Shown piece by piece: positions 1-9,882 of a stretch of DNA of 64,000 nt. Both the position numbers and the translations under genes were made by a program. Position 1 is the first letter of the stretch, and every line of letters begins with the position of its first letter. Origin of the DNA: Candidatus Krumholzibacteriia bacterium (lineage in GTDB: Bacteria; Krumholzibacteriota; Krumholzibacteriia; Krumholzibacteriales; Krumholzibacteriaceae); NCBI GenBank assembly GCA_963836185.1, contig CAWIIQ010000003.1, forward strand, positions 384,001-448,000, in the 5' to 3' direction. Below the pieces are notes generated by a model, which saw nothing but the letters and a program-made list of their open reading frames with translations, searched no databases and was not told the DNA's origin.

Positions 1-1926
1 GTGTCGGCTATGTAGACCCAGCCCTCAGGCGAGACGGCCACGCCTCCCGGCCTGGTCGAACTCGCCCGGCCCGTCACCGGATGAGCCGATGCTCGATATG
101 ATGTTTCCCGAGGGGTCGAGTTTGTCGAGGATGTCGAGGTCGTAGTCGAGGACAAAGATATTTCCCGCGCTGTCGATGGCGAGATCCGTCACGCAGAGAT
201 CGGGCCCGAGTGTGGCGATCAGCTGTCCCGTCCTGTCTGTCCGGGTGACTCCGCCCGACCTGCACCCTGCCGTGTAGATATCAGACGCCGCGTCGAATGC
301 CGCCCCGCGCGCGAGCACAGAAGAGAACCGTCCGATAAAGCTGCCGTCGATCGTGTATATCGAGAAGCTGCTTGTGCCGCTGTCGCAGACCGCGACCAGG
401 CTGTCGGGGCCGGCGGCTATCCCTTCGAGCTGGACGAACTGGCCGTCGGCCGTTCCCTCGCTGCCCCATTCGCCGAGAAAAGCGCCGTCCGCGGTGAATC
501 TCTGCACCCTGTGGTTCCCCGAGTCGGAGACGAGCACGCTTCCATCCGAAGCGACGGCGATTCCGGACGGGAAGATGAACATCCCCGCGGAGGATCCGTA
601 CGATCCCCACTCGCCGCTATATTCGCCGAGCTCGTCGAAAACGACGACCCTGTGGTTGTTCTGGTCGGTCACGTACAGGTTTCCCTGTTGCCCGACCGCG
701 ATCCCGCGCGGCTGGTCGAATCCGTCCCTGCCGGTGCCCGGGCCCCCCCATTCGCGCACGAAGATATAGTCGGCCGCCTCGTACGGACCCGAATCGAGGA
801 CGACGCTGTCGGCGAGCGCCTCCGTCGTGAAGTCCGGCAGCTGCCGGTCGAGCATCCCGGCCGTGAACCGCCTCGTGATCGACAGGCCGCCGGTGAGGCT
901 CCATTTCCATACGGGGAACTGCAGGATATCGCACTTCGCCCCGATCCAGGGTTCGATGCCGATGACTGCCATGTCGGCCGAATAGAACGAGACCCGCAGC
1001 TCCGTGCGGACCGTTAGCCTGATCGTACAGTCGCTCAGGGGTCCGACGTTCATCCCGGACAGTTCGAATTCCATGCCGTGCGCGTCTCCCGTCCCATCCC
1101 ACCTGCCCGAGTAATCGATGCCCGCGCTTATCATGCGGCTGCCCGAGTATCCCGCGTCACACGGTTCCGTGACGCTTCCCTCGATCACCGAGTCGAGAAA
1201 GATGTCGAGTTCGAGAGTCACCGGAACAGGCACATTTTCGATCTTCATCTTTGCCGGCTGGCTGAGCGATGCCACCCTCATCACCCCTGAATGACTGACC
1301 TCGGACGGCAATTCGGCGCGGATGGAGAGGTCGATCTCCAGCTCTCCCTCGAGTGAGACGCCGAACCGGGTGACCTTTCGCCCGTTGATCGCGATGCCTA
1401 TGTCGACGGCGGGAGAGAAGACGATGCTGCCTCTCTCGATCGAGACTACCGGAGAGCCTTCTTCCTCTCCTCCATAGAGGATTATCCCGTCGAGGCTGAT
1501 GCCCGCCCGGGAAGTCAGCGCCGCAGTCTCCATAGCGGCTGCCGAACCGGGGCCGATCGTGAACCTCCTGTCGTCGTACCCGTTGACGACTGCGTCCACG
1601 AGGAAACGGGGCTCGGCCTCTATCCTGATCAGCCTGCCGTCTTCCTCGATCACCCTCGCGCGGCGGATATATCCCCCCATCTCGCTGCCTACGAGAAGAG
1701 CGCCGCTGCTGACAGTCGCATTGCCGAGCCGCTCGAGTATGAGGGTGTCATCAGTGATGTCATAAAGCCTGAGCGCCGGATCGTCATCGACTACCACTAC
1801 ATCGTCCTTTATCCAGGGTCTCGGGTAATCGGGTGTCGAAGGGGAGATATCCTCTCCCGAACAACCGGCGAGGACAAGGGCCGCAAGAAGCAGGGGCTGC
1901 AGGAGGTGTATCACCGGCCTGTTCAT
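1..1926 (-). CDS. Lipoprotein with C-terminal NHL-repeat beta-propeller; runs off the window edge after a 1-nt frameshift
   Basis: Lipobox LAGC; repeats such as WGGPGTGRDGFDQPRGIAV and WGSYGSSAGMFIFPSGIAV. Removing one base at 54-55 restores FDRPGGVAVSPEGWVYIADT. Confidence 0.85.
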
Positions 1927-3777
1927 ATTCCCCACCTCTCGAATATCACGTCAGCTATCGAGTCGGCCGACTCGTGACGGAAGTACCACAGAGGCAGCCC
2001 GAAGTGCGCGCTCGGAGCGGCGACGCCGCCCGGCGCGTCGGGAACGATGTCTTCATACCGGGTCACCCAGAAAGCCACCGTCTGCCCGTCAAGGACCGAC
2101 CGGTCCGAAGCGGCACGCATGCGATACATGGGATGGAAGCAGCTCCTCGACGAGGTGCCGATCCTCGATATCCAGTAGCCTGGGTCGTAGACCTCGACGT
2201 ATGTGAATCCTCCGGGAGAGCACAGGGAGTCGGTGCAGAAGAAGGACCCTTCGCCCGTGATCTCATCGCGGAGGGCTAGAGTCGCGGGAATGCCGGGGAA
2301 GTCGGCCGTGACCGGATCGTCATCGTCCCTTGCCGCGGACAGCAGCACGTCATGATGATCGAGGGACCGCCACGGCATGGAGTAGCCGGTCCGGAACTGC
2401 CCGCTGATCTTGTCTATCACCGTCACGCAGTAATCCCTGTAGGGGAGGCTCTCGAGCCCGCTGTTGTCGCTGCAACCTGAGGGACCGTTTATCTCGCAGC
2501 GGATGTCGAGCGGGAAGATACGGACATCATCCTGGACAACGGCGGCAAGGCCGCCTCCCTGGTCGGACCTTCCCGAAGTCCAGACATGCCCTCCCATCTG
2601 CAGGAAGAGCGAAATGATGTTCGGCGTTTCGTCGCGCGATGTGTTTATCGCTGATTCCGGGGGTGAACTCGACCACCCGGCTCCACCTGTTGTTTATCGC
2701 CGGGGCGTATATCCAGACGAGGTTCCTGTACCGTCCGACCAGTTCCAGCGAAGGGGCCCTGTACAACGAGTATGTGTCGAAGATGTCCCTTGTCTCGTCG
2801 AATCCCGCCGCCCTCGAGCAGATCGATGTCCAGAACTCATCATGTTCGCTCTCGGTGGGGGTGGAAAAGTCAGGCACCGGATATGATGAAGCGTAGTAGT
2901 CGTCTACGAGAAGCAGGTCCCTGTCCATCTCCCAGGGGACGATCTCGATCTTGATCTGCCCCCGTGTGATATTTCCGACGATATCCATCGCCTCGATCGT
3001 CAGGGTGTGCGTGCCCGCGAAGAAAGCGGCAGGTGTGTTTCTGGTGGCCTCCATCACGAAGGGCGCGTCCCATTCCTCGAGGGATGTGACGTCCCATCCA
3101 TACCTGTGGCCGACGAGCTCGCTGCTGTACTGGCTGGCATCGCCTTTCCAGTAGAACGAGAGGCTGACGCCCGGCGGCAGTTTCCTCTCCTCAGGCATGA
3201 ACGATGTTCCGATGAACATGAAATTCGCGAGGACGCGTTCGGCGATGAAAAGGGCCGGGCCGCGGCTGCGTGTCACGGTGAACATGCGCGCGTTCGTCTC
3301 ACGTTTGAATTCTTCCGTCAGGTTCCCCCCGGAGTCACGGCCCTGGACAAAGAACAGGTGTGTCCTTCCATATGTCAGTTCTCCGTCTTTTCCTATGACC
3401 GCCGTTCTTCCCGAGCCGTCGTCGGCGTTGTACGGGATCCAGTCGGACCAGAGGGAGTCGTATCTTTCGGGATTAGCGTTGATGTCGCTGACGAGATCGA
3501 AGGAGGTGTTGTAGTTTCCGTTGGTGTCTACGACCATCGTTGCGAAGTAGCGGATGTCGACGGGCGGCTGCTCCCCTGCAGAGGACCAGGAAAATCTCGT
3601 GATCTCGAGATACCTGACTGTGCCATTCTGGTATGGGGGCGATGTTATCGTGAGCGAAGGCGGAGCGATCGAATCCGGTTCGCCGGGGCCGGTCAGGACC
3701 GTATCGTCCCTGTCGCACCCCGCAGACACGAGGAGCGCCAGGATGACAAGAATGTACCGGGCCATTCTCTCAGGCAT
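1923..3777 (-). CDS. Lipoprotein of unknown function (ORFs 2527-3807 and 1923-2597 joined across a frameshift)
   Basis: Lipobox SAGC. Removing one base from the G5 run at 2659-2663 gives a continuous frame EFTPESAINTSRDETPNIISLFLQMGGHVW. Stop overlaps the start of the NHL gene. Confidence 0.7.
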
Positions 3778-3856
3778 CGTCGCTCGCTTTCGCAGGGGTG
3801 CAGTCAATATACATAACGGTGCCCGGCGGCGCCAGTACAGGCTGATCAGGACGCAT

Positions 3857-4696
3857 TCAGGTGATGAACCTTGCCAGTATCTCCTTGAGGATCTTCGCGC
3901 ATGTCATCGCCGTGATATCCCTCACATCGAGGGATGGATTGTACTCCACCATGTCAGCCCCGGCGAAGAGGGGAGCCTGTACCGACTGGATGAACGCGAT
4001 AGCCTCCCGTGTCGAAAGCCCGCCCGGCTCCGGGTGCGATACTCCCGGGGCGAATGCGGGATCGAGCACATCGACATCGAACGATATGTAGAGCGGTTCG
4101 TCGAAGCTGAGGGCCGCCGCCGCGCCGGGATCCCTCATCGTGACCATCTCCACTCCGAAGCGTGCGGCCTGCTCGAGCTGGTGGCCGTTCGCGGTGCGGA
4201 TACCGACCTGCACGAGACGTTTCGCCAGACCCTCTTCCATGATCCGCGCGAACGGGCAGGCGTGCGAGAGCCGGTCGCCCTCGAACCTGTCGTAGAGATC
4301 GGGGTGGGCGTCGAAGTGCAGGATAGAGACGGGGGCGATCCTCTCGACCAGGCCGGCGAAGGCCGGGTAGGTGACTGCGTGGTCGCCGCCGAGAAAAACG
4401 GGAGAGAACCCCTCGTCGATGACCTTCCGGGCCGCTTCGCTGATCAGTTCGAGCATCTCGTCCGGTCCGCTCAGAGGGCCGGGCTGGATATATCCCGAAT
4501 CATGAAAGGCGCCCTCGGCTCCGAGGTCGATCCCCGACTCGGTCCACATGTTTGATGATTCGCAGCGAAGTGCCTTCCTGATCCTGGCCGGGCCTTCGGC
4601 CGCTCCGCGCATGAATGACGAAGCCGCGTCGAACGGCAGGTCGATAAGGGAGGGCGGCATCTGTCTGTATTCCGTATCCTGTTCCATATCGGCCAT
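3857..4696 (-). CDS. speB: Agmatinase / ureohydrolase (arginase family)
   Basis: Motifs GGDHAV, HFDAHPD, SHACPF, SFDVDVLDPAFAPG, PGGLS, VEYNP; RBS GAGGAG. Confidence 0.85.
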   Translation of the reverse strand: MADMEQDTEYRQMPPSLIDLPFDAASSFMRGAAEGPARIRKALRCESSNMWTESGIDLGAEGAFHDSGYIQPGPLSGPDEMLELISEAARKVIDEGFSPVFLGGDHAVTYPAFAGLVERIAPVSILHFDAHPDLYDRFEGDRLSHACPFARIMEEGLAKRLVQVGIRTANGHQLEQAARFGVEMVTMRDPGAAAALSFDEPLYISFDVDVLDPAFAPGVSHPEPGGLSTREAIAFIQSVQAPLFAGADMVEYNPSLDVRDITAMTCAKILKEILARFIT

Positions 4697-4810
4697 ATCA
4701 TACTCCTCTCAGGCGCTCGATGCAACTTATTCCCGAAGGGTATTCACGGCTCGAATCATGCACAACCGACCGTATAGCAACAACAGTTATAAAAAATATT
4801 CATTTCCCCC

Positions 4811-4845
4811 TTGACAGTGTATACTGTTTAGTATATAGTATACAC
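4811..4845 (+). promoter_or_regulatory. Sigma70 promoter with overlapping inverted-repeat operator; probably leaderless transcript
   Basis: TTGACA (4811-4816), 17-bp spacer, TATAGT (4834-4839); ATG at 4846; perfect 9-bp inverted repeat GTGTATACT (4817-4825) / AGTATACAC (4837-4845). Confidence 0.8.
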
Positions 4846-5202
4846 ATGATGAAGGTATTCGGAGATTACATAAGGAAGAGACGCGAGGAGCTCAGGGCCG
4901 CTGACAGGGAGTTCTCTGTCCGCAGGGTCGCTGCCAGGCTTGGCGTCCAGCCGTCATATCTCAGCAAGGTCGAGCGGGGAGAACAGGCGCCTCCGACAGA
5001 GGCGAAGATCACAGCGCTCGCGGAGATACTCGGCGAGGACACCGATGTCCTCCTTGCCCTGGCGGGCAAGGTATCGAGCGACCTTCGTGAAGTCATAGTG
5101 CGCCGCCCGCAGCTTTTCGCGCAACTCATACGCCAGCTCAAGGACATGCCCGACCACGCGGTGCTGCGAGTAGTACGCGAGGTCAGGGACGGCAGCTGGT
5201 AG
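4846..5202 (+). CDS. XRE-family HTH transcriptional regulator
   Basis: FGDYIRKRRE...SVRRVAARLGVQPSYLSKVERGEQAPP HTH signature. Confidence 0.9.
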   Translation: MMKVFGDYIRKRREELRAADREFSVRRVAARLGVQPSYLSKVERGEQAPPTEAKITALAEILGEDTDVLLALAGKVSSDLREVIVRRPQLFAQLIRQLKDMPDHAVLRVVREVRDGSW

Positions 5203-5217
5203 GACAGGAGGGGAGTC

Positions 5218-6270
5218 ATGATAGAACTCAAGAATGACCATCTCGTATTCTCTTTTCCCGAGGTGCACCCGAAGGCGCGCCTCAGGATCGATTTCCAGCG
5301 GACGCTGCGGATCCCGGACGACGGAAAGGACTATTTCCTTCCCCCCGGCCTGGGGAGCTTCCCGTTGCGGCATGTCGACGACTATGCCGGCAGGGTCCCG
5401 TACGACTGGCTCGAGCATGGCGGCGTGATGCTGCCGATGCACCAGGCCGAGGCGATGTGGCTGAACTTCGATTCGGCGTACATACCAGAGCACGAGACCT
5501 CGTACCCGTTCGCCGTGAAGGTCGCGGCCGGGAAGATCGACGCCGTTACCGGCGAGAACTGGACGAACGGCCTCCACGGCCTCCCGCAGGACTACATGGT
5601 GGTGCCCGAGCAGCCCTGGCTCGACGGCTTCTGCGTCGAGAAGGGGACGATCAGGCAGTTCGTCGCCATGCCGCTCGGCGAGGGGTACACCGCCGAGGAG
5701 CAGATCTCGGGCAAAGCCGAGCACGGCGGCCTGCAGATCATCGTCTACCCGATGAAGCGCGAGGTCTTCGAGCGGAGGTTCCCGAAGGTCGAGCGCAGGC
5801 GGGACAGGGGAGACATCAGGTATTCAATGGGCCATATGGACAAGATGGTCATGTCCGTCGATGCCTGCGCGAGCCCCGATATGGGCCTCGCCCCCGGCGG
5901 CAGGATGAAGCAGGAGATCAGCGAGGACCCGTACGGGTACGAGGACTGGGACCGCGGGACCAGAAGCCGCTGCTTCGTCCATCTCGCCAACTCGATCATG
6001 TGGCGGGCGATCACCGGCGAGGCTCCGCCGACCGTCCCGCCGACGGCGAGGCAGTACACCTCGGCGGGCCTTCCCTGGTACGACTATTACGATGCCGACT
6101 CCGTGGCCCTCGAGGGATCGGAGATCCTCGACGACCTCAGGAGCGTCATTCAGATGGGGTACGAAAAAGGCGAATATCCCCTGCCTGAGAACGACCCGGC
6201 CCGGCCGAAGCGGGTGATCCGCCTGCGGAAGGGTCTTGCGAGGAATCAGGTGAGGGAGGGGGCCTTCTAG
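5218..6270 (+). CDS. Conserved hypothetical protein (family I recognise from both bacteria and fungi)
   Basis: RBS AGGAGG; motifs FQRTLRIPDDG, LPPGLGSFPL, LPMHQAEAMW, QDYMVVPEQPWLDGF, MGLAPGGRMKQEI, YTSAGLPWYDYY. Confidence 0.75.
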   Translation: MIELKNDHLVFSFPEVHPKARLRIDFQRTLRIPDDGKDYFLPPGLGSFPLRHVDDYAGRVPYDWLEHGGVMLPMHQAEAMWLNFDSAYIPEHETSYPFAVKVAAGKIDAVTGENWTNGLHGLPQDYMVVPEQPWLDGFCVEKGTIRQFVAMPLGEGYTAEEQISGKAEHGGLQIIVYPMKREVFERRFPKVERRRDRGDIRYSMGHMDKMVMSVDACASPDMGLAPGGRMKQEISEDPYGYEDWDRGTRSRCFVHLANSIMWRAITGEAPPTVPPTARQYTSAGLPWYDYYDADSVALEGSEILDDLRSVIQMGYEKGEYPLPENDPARPKRVIRLRKGLARNQVREGAF

Positions 6271-6358
6271 GATCATCAGCGCCTTCTGAGCAGGGGCGCT
6301 TCGTGAAGCGGCGGTGGCTGCCGGCCGCGCGTGCATCGGAGGGGACGCGCGGCCGGCG

Positions 6359-6472
6359 CTACTCGTCGCTTTTTTTTGAGAAGTGCTTGTACAGCAGGTC
6401 GGTCATCCAGAAGGAGAAGGCGAAGACCGCCGCCGGCACGAGGATCCCGAATACGAGAGTTCCTGTGGTCAC
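6359..6472 (-). CDS. 37-aa single-TM microprotein (MTTGTLVFGILVPAAVFAFSFWMTDLLYKHFSKKSDE)
   Basis: GTG start overlaps the upstream TGA (GTGA coupling); purine-rich RBS; hydrophobic helix followed by a charged tail. Confidence 0.6.
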   Translation of the reverse strand: MTTGTLVFGILVPAAVFAFSFWMTDLLYKHFSKKSDE

Positions 6473-6588
6473 TGCGTCTTCCCCTTCCCGTGATGTTTCC
6501 TGTACGAGTGCCACGCGAGGATCAGGCCCGCGAAAGAGGTCACGTACGCGAGCGACATCCCGATCACCATCTTCAGTTCATTGCCCAT
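6469..6588 (-). CDS. 39-aa single-TM microprotein (MGNELKMVIGMSLAYVTSFAGLILAWHSYRKHHGKGKTQ)
   Basis: ATG 4 nt after the previous stop, with GGAGGA RBS; hydrophobic helix followed by a basic tail. Confidence 0.6.
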   Translation of the reverse strand: MGNELKMVIGMSLAYVTSFAGLILAWHSYRKHHGKGKTQ

Positions 6589-6592
6589 ACGA

Positions 6593-6883
6593 TCAGTCCT
6601 CCCACTTGACCTTTCTCTCGAGTTCCTCGATATATCCTTTTTGCTTCTTCTCGTACCCCTCTGATATCGCGGAGAGCTTGGGATTGATGACTTTTATCAT
6701 GATGACGAAGAGCACAGCCGCGGCAGCGAGCAGGATGAACCCCATCGGAATCAGCAGCATGGCGAGCGAGGATCCGACGAGTATCAGCACGTAGATGATC
6801 GGCGAGATTATCACCGCCAGCGTGTCGTGTATCGTCCATTCATCAGCCTCGGCGGGCGTCCAGTCCTTCCTGAAGAGGTTCAT
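6593..6883 (-). CDS. 96-aa membrane protein with two TM helices (MNLFRKDWTPAEADEW...)
   Basis: ATGA overlap with the symporter stop; RBS GGAGG; two hydrophobic segments. Confidence 0.75.
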   Translation of the reverse strand: MNLFRKDWTPAEADEWTIHDTLAVIISPIIYVLILVGSSLAMLLIPMGFILLAAAAVLFVIMIKVINPKLSAISEGYEKKQKGYIEELERKVKWED

Positions 6884-8460
6884 TTCGCACCTCCCTCTAT
6901 GAGGCCGCGTTTGATAGCTTCGCGCTTGACCGGTCCCCACCATCCGACCGGCCGCGACATCACGTAGAACTTCACGAGCCGGTCCATGTCCTCCGGCTTC
7001 GTGAGGAATGTCACCGGGATGAAGACCACCGCCCCGAGCAGCATCAGGAGCCAGAACTGCTGGTAGTCCTTCAGGTGCGGCAGCACCCCGAAGGCGGGCA
7101 GGACCCAGACGACGAGCCATGAGAAGATCAGGTTGAATACCCACGCCGAGAGGTAGCCCCACCCGTTGAATCGCCACCAGATCACCTGGAGGATGCCGGG
7201 GAGCCAGACCCCGGCGGCCATGATCCAGAGGGCGAATATCAGCCACTCGGTGATGTTCTCCATTATCGAGCCGAAGACGAACGAGCCGAGCAGCAGTATC
7301 AGCGTGCCGATCCGCCCGACCTTGACGAGCTTCTCCTGGGTCGCCTTCGGATTGATGTAATGATGGTAGAGATCGCGCGTTATGTAGACCGCCCCGAGGT
7401 TGAGGTGGGTCGATATCGTCGAGATATGTATCGCCACGATCGCGGCGAAGAAGAATCCGAGCATCCCGGCCGGGAGGTTCTCGAACCCGAGGCGGAACCA
7501 CGCCATCTCGTAATCCTTCACCTCCGTCAGGTCGGGGTAGAGGACGAAGAAGCCGAGTATCGCGACGGCCCAGATCCCGTTGCGCATGATCACGAGCGCC
7601 GAGCCGGCCCATATCGACCAGGAGGCGTCCTTGACCGTCTTCGCCGACTGTATCCTCTGCGCCTCGGGGTACCAGTCGATCGCCGTGCCCATGCCGAGCC
7701 CGCCGAGTATCCCGATGAACATCATCGTCACGAACCACGCGACGGGAAAATCCCCGTCGAACAGCCCGGTGAAATTAAACGGGTTGAGCTTCCCCGCTTC
7801 CCCCATCGCGGTGAGCCTCTCGATGATCGCTCCGGTGCCTCCCGCCGCGTGAACGCCCCAGAAGGAGACGATGATGATCACGATAAAGGCGATGATTCCC
7901 TGCTGGAAATCGGCCATCACCACGCCCCAGTACCCCGCGGCGAGGACGTAGATGGCGCAGGCGGCCGAGAAGACGATCAGGCCTATCCAGAGGGGCCAGT
8001 CGAAGAGGTAGTTGCAGACCTTCCCCATAGCGATGCCGACCCAGCCGAGTATGAACATGTTGAGAAATACCTGCCAGCCCGCGACCCAACCGCGCAGCAG
8101 CTCGCCCGACAGCCCGCCGAAACGGAGCGACTGCCATTCGGCCTGCGTGTAGGCGAGCGACCGCCTGAATATCTTGGTCGAGACGAATGCGCTGATCGAG
8201 CACCACGCCGCGTAGAACGAGTACCACAGCCCCGAGAGGCCGAACTTGTAGACCACGCCCGACACCCACATCGGTGTATCTGTCGCGGTGTGCGTCGCGT
8301 AGACCGATGAGGCGGGGAGCCACCACGGCAGCCCGCGGCCGGCGAGGAAGAAGTCGGACTCGCTCCGCTTGCCGAGGCGGTAGAAGCGCACGCCGCTCCC
8401 GATCATCAGCGCGATGAAGGCGAGCAGCCAGAACCAGTCGAGAAAGTGAAATGTCGCCAT
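6880..8460 (-). CDS. Sodium:solute symporter (SSS family)
   Basis: DFFLAGRGLPWW, QRIQSAK, many TM helices; RBS AGGAG before MATFHFLDW. Confidence 0.9.
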   Translation of the reverse strand: MATFHFLDWFWLLAFIALMIGSGVRFYRLGKRSESDFFLAGRGLPWWLPASSVYATHTATDTPMWVSGVVYKFGLSGLWYSFYAAWCSISAFVSTKIFRRSLAYTQAEWQSLRFGGLSGELLRGWVAGWQVFLNMFILGWVGIAMGKVCNYLFDWPLWIGLIVFSAACAIYVLAAGYWGVVMADFQQGIIAFIVIIIVSFWGVHAAGGTGAIIERLTAMGEAGKLNPFNFTGLFDGDFPVAWFVTMMFIGILGGLGMGTAIDWYPEAQRIQSAKTVKDASWSIWAGSALVIMRNGIWAVAILGFFVLYPDLTEVKDYEMAWFRLGFENLPAGMLGFFFAAIVAIHISTISTHLNLGAVYITRDLYHHYINPKATQEKLVKVGRIGTLILLLGSFVFGSIMENITEWLIFALWIMAAGVWLPGILQVIWWRFNGWGYLSAWVFNLIFSWLVVWVLPAFGVLPHLKDYQQFWLLMLLGAVVFIPVTFLTKPEDMDRLVKFYVMSRPVGWWGPVKREAIKRGLIEGGAK

Positions 8461-8658
8461 CCGTGCTCCTTGCCGTTGATTTTCGAAGGGAACCGTATCA
8501 CGCGGGGGGCGTTTTGTACAGGAGGGACAGTTGCAGGTATGCTTGAATCGCTGACGGTGTTGCTGTACAATGCTGGTAAGCGGAAATCCTGAAAATATTA
8601 TAGGCACAGGTATCAAGGGGTAACCAGAATGGATCACAGATCATCCAAAAAATTGATC

Positions 8659-9789
8659 ATGGATCGCCGTGAATTCATGGCTATGACAGCGGCAGCAGGG
8701 GTCGCCTTTGTGATTCCGCAATTCGGGCCTTTCAAGGCGGATGCAGAATCTGTAGGAAAGTACTATGATGCCCTTGCCGATGCCCTGAATAAGCTTCCCA
8801 ATGCTTTTCCCAGAACGGAATCAAAAATAGAACTGGCGATTCTCAGAAAAATTTTCACAAAAGAAGAAGCCTGGCTTGCCGGACAGATGACCATTGCGGC
8901 GGAACCCGTTTCGGATATCGCGGAACGCGTCGGCCTGACTGACGAGGAGACGACAAAACGTCTGGACAGGTTGTCCAACAAGGGGGGCGTCTGGGGAAGG
9001 GGCGGAAAGTACAGGCTGGCGCCGTTCATTGTCGGGATCTATGAGGCCCAGGTATGGGACATGGATCATGAGCTGGCCCACCTGATGGAGGATTATCTCG
9101 AAGAGGGCGGCGCTGAGTTCATGAGATTTCAGCCGGCTATCCATCGGGTGGTCCCCGCGCAGGGATCCGTAAAGACGGACTGGATCCTTCCGTATGACGA
9201 TGTGAGAAAGGTGATCGAGGCCAATGTCTCGTTCCGAGTGAGGGACTGTATATGCCGGGTCCAGCAGGATCTTCTAAAGGAGAGAAAATGCGATCTCCCG
9301 GTGAAAAACTGTCTGAATTTCACTCCGTTCGAGAGGCCGCCGACAGACCGGGATATTTCTAAGGAAGAAGCCCTGAAACTGCTCGATGAATCGGAAAGAG
9401 TCGGCCTGGTCCACTGCGTGACGAATGTCGAGGAAGGTTTCTACTACGTCTGCAACTGCTGCGGGTGCTGCTGCGGCATATTGAGAGGTATTACGGAATT
9501 CGGCATAGAGGACTCTGTGGCCGCGGCCAATTACTACGCCGTTGTCGAACCACAGTCTTGTACAGGTTGCGGGCTTTGCGTCGAGCGGTGCCATATGAAG
9601 GCAATCTCCGTTCAAGGCGGCATAGCGGTGATTGATAGCGGGAAGTGCATCGGATGTGGATTATGCGTTTCCGGGTGCAATCTGAACGGTGTTGTGCTGG
9701 AGCGCAAACCGGAGGAAGAGATCATCCATCCTCCGAAGAATTTCAATATCTGGGAACAGGAGCGGCTGAAAAGCAGGGGATTGACCTGA
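8659..9789 (+). CDS. Multi-[4Fe-4S] protein with N-terminal twin-arginine-like signal
   Basis: DRREFMAMTAAAG; CICR, CNCCGCCC, CTGCGLCVERC, CIGCGLCVSGC. Confidence 0.85.
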   Translation: MDRREFMAMTAAAGVAFVIPQFGPFKADAESVGKYYDALADALNKLPNAFPRTESKIELAILRKIFTKEEAWLAGQMTIAAEPVSDIAERVGLTDEETTKRLDRLSNKGGVWGRGGKYRLAPFIVGIYEAQVWDMDHELAHLMEDYLEEGGAEFMRFQPAIHRVVPAQGSVKTDWILPYDDVRKVIEANVSFRVRDCICRVQQDLLKERKCDLPVKNCLNFTPFERPPTDRDISKEEALKLLDESERVGLVHCVTNVEEGFYYVCNCCGCCCGILRGITEFGIEDSVAAANYYAVVEPQSCTGCGLCVERCHMKAISVQGGIAVIDSGKCIGCGLCVSGCNLNGVVLERKPEEEIIHPPKNFNIWEQERLKSRGLT

Positions 9790-9882
9790 GAAGCCGTGTG
9801 TCTGCCCGGCTCGGTGCACCATATGCAACCGAAGTTGCATATGGTGTCACTTTATGCAAAGCGAACTGTATTATCTATCCCG

